Shown: positions 8,191-17,116 of the stretch, piece by piece
How the letters are laid out: the number at the start of each line of letters is the position of its first letter
Numbering within the stretch: the stretch's first letter is position 1
The notes under the pieces: generated by a model
The model's input: only the letters and a program-made list of their open reading frames with translations
What the model was told of the DNA's origin: nothing
Databases searched by the model: none
Program-made: the position numbers and the translations under genes
Assembly (NCBI GenBank): GCA_964402305.1
Contig: CAYOBS010000001.1
Location: 1-40,918 of the forward strand
Source: an uncultured Planctomycetaceae bacterium
GTDB lineage: Bacteria > Planctomycetota > Phycisphaerae > SM23-33
Reading direction: 5' to 3'
Length of the DNA stretch: 40,918 nucleotides

Positions 8191-8225
8191 AATCCGCATT
8201 CCGCAATCCGCATTCCGCAATCGCG
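8191..8225 (-). repeat. Heptamer tandem array, inverted orientation (AATCCGC/ATTCCGC)n
   Basis: aatccgc attccgc aatccgc attccgc aatcgcg. This is the reverse complement of the array at 7372-7399. Confidence 0.95.
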
Positions 8226-8226
8226 T

Positions 8227-8242
8227 GCGGGCTTCAGCCCGC
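8227..8242 (-). terminator. Hairpin immediately after the clpC stop
   Basis: gcgggc-ttca-gcccgc starts 5 nt downstream of the stop. There is no U-tract. Confidence 0.3.
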
Positions 8243-8246
8243 CCGC

Positions 8247-10778
8247 TTACGTTCCTTCGTGGACCTTTTCGAGCTGCGTGCCGTTCTCGGCCGGGGTTTC
8301 GCCGGAGCCCTCGAAGTAGAGGTGGTCCTTCTCGTCGGGAGTCGCGGCCTTCCTGACGCTCACATTGATCTTCGTCTTGCCGCGGTAGTTGCCGCGGAGG
8401 ATGTCCTCGCTGATGGGGTCCTCGATGTGGTGCTCGATCGCCCTTCGCAGCGGGCGCGCGCCGAAGTCCGGATTGTAGCCCTTGTCGATCAGGAACGCCT
8501 TGGCCTCGTCCGTCAACTCCAGCTCCAGGTGGTGTTCGCCCAGACGCTGGCGGACCTTGCGCAGCTCGTAGCCCACGATCGTGTCCAGGTCGGCGCGGCT
8601 GAGCGTCTTGAATACGATGATGTCGTCGAGCCGGTTGAGGAACTCAGGCCTGAAGTGCCGCTCCACCTCCTTGTGCAGCAGGTCCTTCATCTTCTCGTAC
8701 GTCGTCTCCGTGTCGAGCCGCGAGAAGCCGAACCCGCCGCCGGACTTTATCAGCTCGGCGCCGATGTTCGTAGTCAGGATCAGCACCACGTTGCGGAAGT
8801 CGATCTTCCGCCCGAACGAGTCGGTGATGTGGCCCTCTTCCATGATCTGGAGCAGCGTGTTGAACACGTCGGGGTGGGCCTTCTCGATCTCGTCCAGCAG
8901 CACCACCGAGTACGGGCGCCGCCGGATCTTCTCGGTAAGCTGCCCGCCTTCCTCGTAGCCGACGTATCCGGGCGGCGCGCCGATCAGCCGGGAGACGTTG
9001 TGCTTCTCCATGTACTCCGACATGTCGATCTGCACCAGCGCGTCCTCGTCGCCGAACATGAACTCCGCAAGGGCCTTGCTCAGCAGCGTCTTGCCGACGC
9101 CCGATGGCCCGGCGAAGATGAAGCTGCCCATCGGCCTGCGCGGGTCCTTCAGGCCCGACCGCGCCCGGCGGATGCTCTTGGCCACGGCCGCGATCGCCTC
9201 GTGCTGGCTTACCACCCGCTTGTGAAGCTCGTTCTCCAGCTCCAGCAGGCGCTGGGCCTCTTCCTTATCCAGGCGGGTCAGCGGGACGCCCGTCATCTTG
9301 GAGACCACCTCGCCGATGACATCCTCATCGACAACCCCGCCGACCTCGCCGGTCTTGGCCTTCCAGTCGGTCTTCAACTCATCCTTCTTGAGGCGCAGCT
9401 TCTCGGCCTCGTCGCGCATCTCAGCCGCCCGCTCGTAGTCGGCGTTCTTGACCGCCTCGTCCTTCTCGATCTGGAGCCGCTCGATGTCGGCCTCCAGGTT
9501 CGTCAGGTCCGGCGGCTTGGTCATGCTCTTGAGGCGTATGCGCGCGCCGGCCTCGTCGATCACGTCGATGGCCTTGTCCGGCTGGACTCGCCCCGTGACG
9601 TACCGGCTGGAAAGCTCGACGGCCCTGTCAAGGGCCTGGTCGGTGAACCGCACGCGGTGGTGGGCCTCGTAGCGGTCCCGCAGGCCGCGGAGAATCGCCA
9701 GGGTCTGCTCGCGGTTCGGCGGGTTGACGATGATCGTCTGGAACCGCCGCTCCAGCGCGCCGTCCTTCTCGATGTACTTGCGGTACTCGTCCATCGTCGT
9801 GGCGCCGATGCACTGGATCTCGCCGCGGCTCAGCGACGGCTTGAGCACGTTGGCGGCGTCGATGGCGCCCTCGGCCCCGCCCGCGCCGACCAGCGTGTGA
9901 AGCTCGTCGATGAACAGTATCACGTTGCGCGCCCGGCGGACCTCGTTCATCACGGCCTTGATCCGCTCCTCGAACTGCCCGCGGTACTTGGTCCCAGCCA
10001 CCATCATCGCAAGGTCCAGGCCGACGATCCGCCGCTCGTGGAGAATCTCGGGAACCTCGTTGGAGACGATCTTCTGGGCCAGGCCCTCGACTATGGCCGT
10101 CTTGCCCACGCCGGCCTCGCCCAGCAAAACCGGGTTGTTCTTCGTCCGCCGGCAGAGAATCTGGATGACGCGCTCGATCTCATCTTGCCGGCCTATAACC
10201 GGATCAAGCTGGCCCTCGCGGGCCAGTTCCGTCAGGTCCCGCCCGAAGTTGTCCAGCGCCGGGGTCTTGCTCTTGCCTCGCTTGGCCGGGCCCTCGCCGG
10301 GTATTCCGCCGGCCGGGGGAACATCTTCCGTCGGCTCGACGCCCGCGCCCAGCAGGTTCAGCACCTCCTCGCGGACCTCGTCGAGCTTGAGGCCCAGGTT
10401 CATCAGCACCTGTGCCGCCACGCCTTCATGCTCGCGCAGCAGGCCCAGAAGAATGTGCTCGGTGCCCACGTAATTGTGGCTGAGGTTGCGGGCCTCCTCG
10501 ATGGAGTATTCTATAACCTTCTTGGCGCGAGGCGTCTGCGGCAACTTGCCCATGGTGACCATGTCCGGGCCGGGCTTTACGAGCTTCTCGACCTCCATGC
10601 GGACCTTGTGCAGGTCCACGCCGAGGTTCTTCAGCACGTTTGCCCCGACGCCCGAACCTTCCTTCACCAGGCCAAGCAGAATGTGCTCGGTGCCGATATA
10701 TTCGTGATTGAAACGCTGGGCCTCCTGATTGGCCAGCGCCATCACTTTTCGCGCGCGTTCGGTGAATCTTTCAAACAT
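8247..10778 (-). CDS. clpC: ATP-dependent Clp protease ATP-binding subunit ClpC
   Basis: [37 protein letters not shown] gives the double Clp_N repeat. Walker A motifs GEAGVGKT and GPSGVGKT are present, plus a UVR-like motif [19 protein letters not shown]. Start taken at MFERF, 17 codons inside the ORF. Confidence 0.93.
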   Translation of the reverse strand: MFERFTERARKVMALANQEAQRFNHEYIGTEHILLGLVKEGSGVGANVLKNLGVDLHKVRMEVEKLVKPGPDMVTMGKLPQTPRAKKVIEYSIEEARNLSHNYVGTEHILLGLLREHEGVAAQVLMNLGLKLDEVREEVLNLLGAGVEPTEDVPPAGGIPGEGPAKRGKSKTPALDNFGRDLTELAREGQLDPVIGRQDEIERVIQILCRRTKNNPVLLGEAGVGKTAIVEGLAQKIVSNEVPEILHERRIVGLDLAMMVAGTKYRGQFEERIKAVMNEVRRARNVILFIDELHTLVGAGGAEGAIDAANVLKPSLSRGEIQCIGATTMDEYRKYIEKDGALERRFQTIIVNPPNREQTLAILRGLRDRYEAHHRVRFTDQALDRAVELSSRYVTGRVQPDKAIDVIDEAGARIRLKSMTKPPDLTNLEADIERLQIEKDEAVKNADYERAAEMRDEAEKLRLKKDELKTDWKAKTGEVGGVVDEDVIGEVVSKMTGVPLTRLDKEEAQRLLELENELHKRVVSQHEAIAAVAKSIRRARSGLKDPRRPMGSFIFAGPSGVGKTLLSKALAEFMFGDEDALVQIDMSEYMEKHNVSRLIGAPPGYVGYEEGGQLTEKIRRRPYSVVLLDEIEKAHPDVFNTLLQIMEEGHITDSFGRKIDFRNVVLILTTNIGAELIKSGGGFGFSRLDTETTYEKMKDLLHKEVERHFRPEFLNRLDDIIVFKTLSRADLDTIVGYELRKVRQRLGEHHLELELTDEAKAFLIDKGYNPDFGARPLRRAIEHHIEDPISEDILRGNYRGKTKINVSVRKAATPDEKDHLYFEGSGETPAENGTQLEKVHEGT

Positions 10779-11441
10779 TTCCTGATTATCCTCGCTCCCC
10801 GCGGAGCTTTTTAGCCTTTTTTGACCCACCGCTGGGCGCCGCTTATCCGGCCCTGATTATCTTGGCTTCCCGCGGAGCCACAGAACTCCCGCCGAAAAGC
10901 TTCCGCCGACAGGACGCCCTGGGTCCCTCCTGTCCGCGCAACTTATTCTAACAGCCGGCCGGCCGCCATTCAAGCATTGCAGACCGCCCGCGCGGTGCGC
11001 CCAAGCCCAGGCCAAGCCCACGCCATGCCGGAGCGTCTCTGTTACTATCGTCCATCCAATACCCTTGGTTCAAGTCCCGTTTGGCCGAATGATGCATTTT
11101 GCACCGCCCCGCACTTCCCCGTACATGCCGAAACAGCCATGAAATCGGCCGTTTTCCGCACGTCGCTTTCCCCCGTTTGCGGCGCTGTGCCCGCTTGTCC
11201 ATGTGTCGCTCCTTCCCCGATGCCCGGCAACCATCCCGGCCGCGCGTGTTTATGCTATCCGGGCGTGGGCCCAGCCGCTTCGGCCACCCGTCGTCGGCCT
11301 CCCCGTCAGCTTGCCGCAATTGTACATTTGCCGCTGGGCTGCTTCAAGGCTTGCGCCCGACAGATCGCGGCGAGGGCGAAGGCCGGTAATCAGGGTGTTT
11401 ACCGTAGTTCAATTTTTTTTCGATATTCGCGCACTTTGCGC

Positions 11442-11469
11442 TTGACAGATCGCCGATGCGCGGTAGTAT
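11442..11469 (+). promoter_or_regulatory. Strong sigma70-like promoter TTGACA-16-TAGTAT with an upstream T-rich tract
   Basis: ttgaca (11442-11447), a 16-nt spacer, then tagtat (11464-11469). A T8 run lies at 11413-11420. The promoter is ~385 nt upstream of the next ATG (11856). Confidence 0.45.
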
Positions 11470-11855
11470 ACCATGCGCTCCGACCTCCGCATGAGGAAAC
11501 AGCGGAGAGGAAGCCCGCCTGAGCCGGCGGGTTCTACTGTGAGGGCAGGGCGAGAAATCGCTCGCTCGTTTCTTCCTGCCTCAGGCCCCAAGGGCCAAGT
11601 TTCCGATGGATTTGCGTTCCTGCCCTTGCAGGGAAAGTGCGCTTTTTCAAGGCCCCAAAAAGGTTGAGGCTATGAAATCGAACGGACGAATGCTGGTTGC
11701 CGGCGCGCGGTCGCTCCTGTGCATGTCCTGCCCGGGCATCTCGGCCAAGTCCCCCAAAAATCAGAAGATCCACGTGTTTTTTTCCCCACGGTTTTGCCGC
11801 GCACACGCTGCTCTGTGCAACGGCATAAGAACCTGAGCAGCAAGGAGACTGAATC

Positions 11856-12890
11856 ATGAGGACAATGCGAGTGGTCAGTGTGCTTCTGTGTTTGGCGGCG
11901 GTGGCGGCGGTCTGTACGCCGGCCTACGCCTTGAGGGTCGGGTGGAACGTCGACATCCACCAGGGCAAGTTCGGCGGGCCCGGCGACCCAGCGGGCCCCA
12001 ACAACTACGCCAACGATTTCCACATCTGGGGCGTACTGGAGTCATGGAATAAGCCGACAAACACGGGCAATGTGAACTTCCAGACGACCGGCCCGGCCGG
12101 CATCCCGCCCTGGAAGATCATACCGCCCCCGCCCCCGGCCGCCAACATCGGCCTGTGGTTTGAGACCTTCGACCCCCCCCTGATCACGGACCAGCCGGCC
12201 CTGGTTCCGCCCGGGCGGCCGCTTCCGCCCCTTGCCCCGCCGATCAACCCGGGCGGGCCGTTCTACTACTTCGACACCACCTGGAAGACGGACGGCAAGA
12301 TCCCCTACTGCACCTGGATGCACTTCGGGCTGGAGTTCGAGGAGGCCGGCTTTAACATCGGCTACTGGCTGCAAGGTGTGTGGACGAAGGACGGGAAGGA
12401 CCCGGATGGTCAGCCGCTGTACGGCTTCGAGGTGGTGCATCCCGAAGGGGGCGGCGGCGGCGCCGGCGGCGGGCGTATCCGCATCCAGAACGCCAGCGGA
12501 GTCCCGACGGAGCTCCTCAAGATGGACCTGATGGTTCTGCACGGCACGGTGGGGCAGAACTTCCCGCTGGAAGACCTGAACACGGACTTCTTCGACACAC
12601 ATCCGGAGTGGAACCAGAAGTGGGTCTCCGTCCCGTCAAGTCTGCTGCCCACGGCGATGCTGATGGGCAACGGTGGGCCGGATTCCTTCTTTGACGTGTT
12701 CTTCGACACGGTGACGGGGCTGGGCCCGATGGTCGATGGCGACGTGCTGCTGGCCCGCCAGTACAGTGAGTACACAGGCGGCAGCCAGGACTTCTTCTGG
12801 CAATACGAACTCCACGGCGTGCCGGAACCCGCGACGCTGTCGCTGCTGGCCCTGAGCGGGCTGGCCCTGCTTCGCCGCAGGCGAAAGTAA
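11856..12890 (+). CDS. PEP-CTERM sorting-domain secreted protein
   Basis: Signal peptide MRTMRVVSVLLCLAAVAAVCTPAYA. The C-terminus VPEPATLSLLALSGLALLRRRRK is a PEP-CTERM motif followed by a TM segment and a basic tail. AAGGAG lies upstream. Confidence 0.85.
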   Translation: MRTMRVVSVLLCLAAVAAVCTPAYALRVGWNVDIHQGKFGGPGDPAGPNNYANDFHIWGVLESWNKPTNTGNVNFQTTGPAGIPPWKIIPPPPPAANIGLWFETFDPPLITDQPALVPPGRPLPPLAPPINPGGPFYYFDTTWKTDGKIPYCTWMHFGLEFEEAGFNIGYWLQGVWTKDGKDPDGQPLYGFEVVHPEGGGGGAGGGRIRIQNASGVPTELLKMDLMVLHGTVGQNFPLEDLNTDFFDTHPEWNQKWVSVPSSLLPTAMLMGNGGPDSFFDVFFDTVTGLGPMVDGDVLLARQYSEYTGGSQDFFWQYELHGVPEPATLSLLALSGLALLRRRRK

Positions 12891-12918
12891 CCCAGCAGCC
12901 GCCCATAACGAGAACCGA

Positions 12919-12956
12919 CGCAAGCGGGCGGCGCCTTTCCGGGCTGCCCGCTTGCG
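12919..12956 (+). terminator. Long hairpin after the PEP-CTERM gene
   Basis: cgcaagcgggc ... gcccgcttgcg forms an 11-bp stem with a 16-nt loop. There is no U-tract. Confidence 0.35.
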
Positions 12957-13146
12957 TACGCGGCTTGGCGTGCCGCCACGGCCTGTTGGACTGATTACAC
13001 CACGGGCGCCAGTACTCGAAAAACGCCGATTCCAAAATAACGATCTCCGAATGTCGCCGAAGCGTGGTTGCGGGCAAGGCCCCCGGCAGCGTACGATGGC
13101 GGGACTTGTGTCGTGTTCGACAGAGGCCCCTGGCAACCGGCGACGA

Positions 13147-14355
13147 ATGCTCCGGCTTCGAATAGAAGACAATCTGCGTCCGCCCATGCCGGCAGACCCG
13201 TACTCGCGGGATGTGCTGTCGGTGGCGCTGCTGCTGATACTGGCATCGGTGCTTATTCCTTCCTGGGACATGGCCAGGGACACCCTGCTGCCCATGGCGG
13301 CTGCGCACATGGCCTCCAGCCTGCTGCTGGCTTCGATGGGGTTCCTGCTGGCCCTGCGATGCGGGGCGATCGACCTCAGCGTCTGGGCGGTGGCGGGGCT
13401 GGGCGGCGTGGTGGCGGCGGCACTGATAAACTCCGGCGTCGGCGTCTGGCCTGCCTTTGCCATTGCCGGCGCCGCGGGGCTGGCGATCGGGCTGATCAAC
13501 GGCGCCCTTGTCGGCGTTGTCGGCCTGCCCAGCCCGCTGGTAACGTCCGCAACGGGCATGGCAGTGGTCTGGCTGCTGCACTGGCTTATTCCAGGCCGGC
13601 AGCTTACCGTGCCCGAGCAGGCATTCGACGCGTACTTCGGGCACGTCTCCGGCGTGCTGGCCGTTCGCGTGATGATGGTTGCGGTGGTATTCCTGGCTAC
13701 GGTGGTCGTGCTTGTGGCAGTGGACTGGACAGTGTGGATGGGCAAGGAGTTTCCGCGCCGGCTGAGCCTGACGGCCGCCCTTGCGGCATCGGGGCTGCTG
13801 GCGGGGCTGGGCGGGGCGGCGTTTCTGATCGACAACGGCCTGGCGCCCGTGCCGACGCGTCTGGTAGACGACCTTCGCGTCCCGGCCGCGGCGCTGCTGG
13901 CAGGCGGGCTGTTCCTCGGCCGGCGGGGGCGGGAGCTGCTGGCGGGCCTGAGCCTGCCTTCGGCGCTGCTGATCTGCACGATCTGGCGGCAGAAGGCATG
14001 GAACCTGCCCGCCCCGGGCCTTGGCTGGGAATTGCAGATGCTCGTGCTGATGGGAATGGTCATCGCGGTGCATCTGGCATTCGGGCACTACGTCGAGGCA
14101 CGCGGCACGGGCCGGCGCCTGCCGGGGGTCGGGGTGCTGCTGACTGTCGCCGGAATCGCCGCCGTTGCCGCGGCCGCAAACTTCAGGTACTGGCCAGTGC
14201 ATGACGCACTGCACCTTGCGGGCGTCGCAATCTGGCTGGCGGGAATGCCGGCCGTCATAATATCATTCCGCCGCGAGCGCCGCCTGGCCGCGATGGGCCT
14301 GGACGGCCCGCGGCCGCCGTCCGTCGGACAATACATCTCCGACAATGGCCTGTGA
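13147..14355 (+). CDS. Polytopic membrane protein, ABC sugar-permease-like (BPD_transp_2-like); orphan
   Basis: There are many TM segments. RCGAIDLSVWAVAGLGGVVAAALI resembles the GGIDLSVG motif of RbsC/AraH-type permeases. The ORF opens at 12952; the ATG at 13147 was chosen just before the first TM. No ATPase or SBP gene is adjacent. Confidence 0.55.
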   Translation: MLRLRIEDNLRPPMPADPYSRDVLSVALLLILASVLIPSWDMARDTLLPMAAAHMASSLLLASMGFLLALRCGAIDLSVWAVAGLGGVVAAALINSGVGVWPAFAIAGAAGLAIGLINGALVGVVGLPSPLVTSATGMAVVWLLHWLIPGRQLTVPEQAFDAYFGHVSGVLAVRVMMVAVVFLATVVVLVAVDWTVWMGKEFPRRLSLTAALAASGLLAGLGGAAFLIDNGLAPVPTRLVDDLRVPAAALLAGGLFLGRRGRELLAGLSLPSALLICTIWRQKAWNLPAPGLGWELQMLVLMGMVIAVHLAFGHYVEARGTGRRLPGVGVLLTVAGIAAVAAAANFRYWPVHDALHLAGVAIWLAGMPAVIISFRRERRLAAMGLDGPRPPSVGQYISDNGL

Positions 14356-14364
14356 GGTCCGAGC

Positions 14365-14481
14365 ATGTGCTTGAAGGGCAAAAAGCAAGCCAAGGACACC
14401 CCCGGAAACTTCCGCTGCAAGGACTGCGGAGCCGTCTCCAAGAAAAAGTCCAGGCTCTGCAAGCCAAAAAAGATCAAGTGA
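14365..14481 (+). CDS. Candidate 38-aa lysine-rich CxxC mini-protein
   Basis: MCLKGKKQAKDTPGNFRCKDCGAVSKKKSRLCKPKKIK. A GAGG sits 8 nt upstream. It lies 10 nt after the permease stop. It is below the ORF-track length cutoff. Confidence 0.3.
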   Translation: MCLKGKKQAKDTPGNFRCKDCGAVSKKKSRLCKPKKIK

Positions 14482-14532
14482 TGGGTGCCGTGGTTGCATA
14501 GCCCCTTGAGGTGCTCCGCAAACCACGGTACC

Positions 14533-14833
14533 CGGCTTCTCTTCAGCCCCGTTCACGGGGCTTTGCTCCGCCGCAGGCGGAGTATAGACCAGGCCTTTTA
14601 GGCCTGGGGCAATCGGGATTCTTCTGTTTTCCTTTTTCAGCACGCTTCAGCGCGCTTGCGAAGGGCTTTAGCCTAAAGGCAGCCACCTACGGGTAAGCGC
14701 GCTGAAGCGTGCTGGTCTGAAGAAGAAAAGAAGGAGTGGCGCAAGGTCGCCCAGACCCAGGCCTGAAAGGCCTGGTCTAAACCCCCGCTATCGCGGGGGC
14801 GAAGCCCCGTGAACGGGGCTGAAGAGAAGACCG
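14533..14833. repeat. Family-A nested palindromic element, copy 2 (complete)
   Basis: It has the same conserved modules as copy 1: ttcagccccgttcacggggcttt, tatagaccaggcc, cagcacgcttcagcgcgctt, ggctttagcctaaaggc, aagcgcgctgaagcgtgctg, gaagccccgtgaacggggctgaa. The variable hairpins differ but remain self-complementary. Confidence 0.85.
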
Positions 14834-14918
14834 CTCAATGTGTGCAAAGAGCCGGATTTATGCCTCTTTGGGGCTAATACCAGGATAGGACACAACCTAT
14901 TCCAGGAGTGGACCTGCT

Positions 14919-14978
14919 GTTCCGAGTTCCGGGTTCCAGGTTCCGCCTTTGTTTCTTTTCCCCGGCTACCGGCTACCA
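14919..14978 (-). repeat. Composite short-tandem-repeat module (CCGGTAG)n + gggaaaag..aaaggcgga + (GGAACCY)n, downstream of the galK stop
   Basis: The reverse complement reads ggtagccggtagccggggaaaagaaacaaaggcggaacctggaacccggaactcggaac. This is homologous to 40749-40810. Confidence 0.85.
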
Positions 14979-14982
14979 AGCA

Positions 14983-16281
14983 CTATTCCACCACGCTGGC
15001 GCCCTGGGCGGCGCGGGTGGCGAAGATGGGGCACCGCCGGCCAAAACGGGCGCCGAAGCCCACGGCGATGGCGCCCGCGATTGCCTCGGCCCGCCCGGCC
15101 TCGGCCAGGACTATCGCGCAGCCGCCGAACCCGCCGCCGGTCATCCGCGCGCCGTAGACGCCCGCCAGCGGGCGGGCCAGTTCGACGACGGCGTCGAGTT
15201 CCTCGCAGCTAACCTCGTAGTCGTCGCGGAGGGACTCGTGCGAGCCGTACATAAGCCGGCCAAACGCGGCGTAGTCGCCGGCCGAAAGGGCCTCGACGGC
15301 CCGCAGGGTTCGTGAGATCTCGCCGCCGACGTGGCGGGCCCGCATCAACTCCTTGCCCGACAGGACCCCGTCGCGCCAGGCCTGGTCGAGGCGGGCCTGG
15401 TCAACGTCGCGAAGGGCCGGCGCATGGAGCTTTGCAGCCGCGGCGTGGCACTGGTCGCGGCGAGCGGCGTAACCGCCGTCGCTGATGGCGTGCTTGACCT
15501 CGGTGTCAGCCACGAGCAGCACCAGGTCGGGGTCGTCGAAGGGGATCTGCCGGGTCTCGCCGCTTCGGCAGTCCAGCAGCAGCGCCCTTCCGGGCTGGCC
15601 TAGAATCGCGATGGACTGGTCCATTATCCCGCACGGCGCGCCGGCGAAGTCGTGCTCGGCCTTCTGGCAGATCAGCGCCAACTCGCGAGGGGCGATCTTC
15701 GAGCCGCTTTCGGCGGCCTCGGCCCCGGCTGGCGCGGCGACTGCCCCGGCCCCGGTGGCACCGGCAGCGACGGCCCCTGCGGGCTCGGCTGCCCCGGCCA
15801 CGGCGACGGCTGGCCCGGCCACGGCGACGGCTGGCCCGGCCCCGCCCACCTCGGCCATCATCGCCATTGCCGTCGCGACCTCCAGCGACGCCGACGACGA
15901 CAGCCCGCCGCCTATCGGCACGTCGCTGTCGAACATGATGTTGCAGCCGGCAAGCTTCAGACCGTAAGCCCGCAGCCCGGCCGCGACGCCTCGGCAGTAG
16001 TTGGCCCACTTGGGCCGGCCCGGGCGGATTTCACCGGCCAGGTCCAGCTCGGCGTCCTGACCCGGCGCCTGGGCGGACCGCAGCAGCACCCTCGTGTCCG
16101 GCCTGGGCGACCATGCGGCGAGGGTCTGCCGCTCGATGGCGATGGGCAGCACGAAGCCGTCGTTGTAGTCCGTGTGCTCGCCGATGAGGTTCACCCGCCC
16201 CGGCGCGCGAACCACCCCGGCCGGCTTGACGCCAAACCAGGCCGCGAAGGCCGACTTGAGTTGCTCGATCCCGGTCTTCAT
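14983..16281 (-). CDS. galK: Galactokinase with an Ala/Gly-rich low-complexity insertion
   Basis: APGRVNLIGEHTDYNDGFVLP (the GalK signature), GGGLSSSASLEVA, CGIMDQ and GGGFGGC are all present. Start chosen at MKTGIEQL, which aligns in length with canonical GalK N-termini. Confidence 0.9.
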   Translation of the reverse strand: MKTGIEQLKSAFAAWFGVKPAGVVRAPGRVNLIGEHTDYNDGFVLPIAIERQTLAAWSPRPDTRVLLRSAQAPGQDAELDLAGEIRPGRPKWANYCRGVAAGLRAYGLKLAGCNIMFDSDVPIGGGLSSSASLEVATAMAMMAEVGGAGPAVAVAGPAVAVAGAAEPAGAVAAGATGAGAVAAPAGAEAAESGSKIAPRELALICQKAEHDFAGAPCGIMDQSIAILGQPGRALLLDCRSGETRQIPFDDPDLVLLVADTEVKHAISDGGYAARRDQCHAAAAKLHAPALRDVDQARLDQAWRDGVLSGKELMRARHVGGEISRTLRAVEALSAGDYAAFGRLMYGSHESLRDDYEVSCEELDAVVELARPLAGVYGARMTGGGFGGCAIVLAEAGRAEAIAGAIAVGFGARFGRRCPIFATRAAQGASVVE

Positions 16282-16380
16282 CCCGCGAAGATACCCCTCC
16301 CGGCCGGGGGGTGTCAAGGCGGGGAGAAAGGGGACGCAGACGAACATGAACCTGCGGTTCACCCCATGAAGCGAAAAACC

Positions 16381-16400
16381 GAGGACGAGGACGAGGACGA
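16381..16400. repeat. Hexamer array (GAGGAC)n
   Basis: aaaaaccgaggacgaggacgaggacgatggctgtcg. The same flanks (aaaaRccgag...gacgaWggctgtcg) occur at 23416-23477. Confidence 0.85.
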
Positions 16401-16456
16401 TGGCTGTCGGGGGATCGCAGGGCTTTCAAACTGCGACGACGGCCAGATGCATGCGG

Positions 16457-16561
16457 AGCGTTCGTAGTGTCGCCGTGAGGCGATATTCTTCTTCGCCTGC
16501 TGCAGGCGTACAAGCGACACGGAAAAGAAGAATATGCCCTCACGGGCACACTACGAACGCT
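16457..16561. repeat. 105-bp nested palindromic element
   Basis: The outer inverted repeat is agcgttcgtagtgt (16457-16470) / acactacgaacgct (16548-16561). The inner inverted repeat is atattcttctt / aagaagaatat. There is a central perfect palindrome cgcctgctgcaggcg. The word gacactacgaac recurs at 21136-21147. Confidence 0.85.
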
Positions 16562-16741
16562 GTCGCCCAAGTCAGCGCCCGGCCAGGGCCTGCCGCTCGC
16601 AGTCACGCCGTAAGTAGTAGTGCTGACTTGGCTGTGGCAATATCAACCGCCCGGTGGTAGCATATCGGCGTCAAGTGGGGGGCGGGCGCGCAGGCGCTGG
16701 TCCGCCGGCGGCGGCCGTCCCACGTGCAAAGGAGACCTGCC

Positions 16742-17014
16742 ATGAACCGCACCTGCCTCTTGCTGATCCTGTCCGTTCTTTGTGTGCTGCCGGTTGCCGC
16801 CTCGCCTCTGTCGGCCGAGGAGAAGCTCACCGATCTGCCCGTCGCCCGCGTGGTGCTGTTTTCCGGCGGGGTGGCGTACTTCGAGCACGCCGGCAAGATA
16901 ACCGGCGACGCGGTGGTCCGGCTGACGTTCAAAGCCGACCAGATCAACGACGTGCTCAAGAGCATGCACGTCTCGCCCGGCGGGGGGTCGGTCACGGGCG
17001 TCAGCTATCCGTAG
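16742..17014 (+). CDS. N-terminal (signal peptide + DUF4140-like) part of a DUF4139-family protein, ended by an in-frame TAG
   Basis: AAGGAG lies upstream. Signal peptide MNRTCLLLILSVLCVLPVAASPLSA. VARVVLFSGGVAYFEHAGKITGDAVVRLTF...INDVLKSMHV resembles the DUF4140 pattern. It is in the same frame as 17117-18916. Confidence 0.6.
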   Translation: MNRTCLLLILSVLCVLPVAASPLSAEEKLTDLPVARVVLFSGGVAYFEHAGKITGDAVVRLTFKADQINDVLKSMHVSPGGGSVTGVSYP

Positions 17015-17116
17015 AGTGATCCCCAGCAGCGGGGGCTCAAGAGCTTCGCCGTCGATCTCAGCGGCCTGACTGACCTGGCCGACCTGCTCAAGCAGCTTCG
17101 CGGGGCCGGCATTTCG

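Noticed and set aside
7372-8225. Heptamer, hexamer and nonamer arrays as possible CRISPR arrays
   Set aside because: The units are 6-9 nt and directly abutting with no spacers. No cas genes are present in the window.
7899-10814. 971-aa ORF on the plus strand
   Set aside because: It is exactly antisense to clpC, which has unambiguous Clp motifs. The translation is Arg/Leu/Ala/Val/Gly-rich junk, as is typical of stop-poor antisense frames in high-G+C DNA.
11058-11085. tRNA-like T-loop string ggttcaagtcc
   Set aside because: The flanking bases cannot form the 5-bp T-stem (cttgg/cccgt). No acceptor or anticodon arms could be folded on either strand.
12517-14214. 565-aa and 475-aa minus-strand ORFs (also 12636-14063), plus the +2-frame 378-aa ORF 13068-14204
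   Set aside because: They are Arg/Pro/Gln-rich with no hydrophobic pattern. The plus-frame 13147-14355 gives a coherent polytopic membrane protein with a permease-like motif.
17012-17014. In-frame TAG as pyrrolysine or programmed recoding
   Set aside because: No pyl genes, suppressor tRNA or PYLIS-like element is visible in the window, and the UAG-A context is unfavourable. It cannot be excluded without the whole genome, so it is reported only as a disruption.
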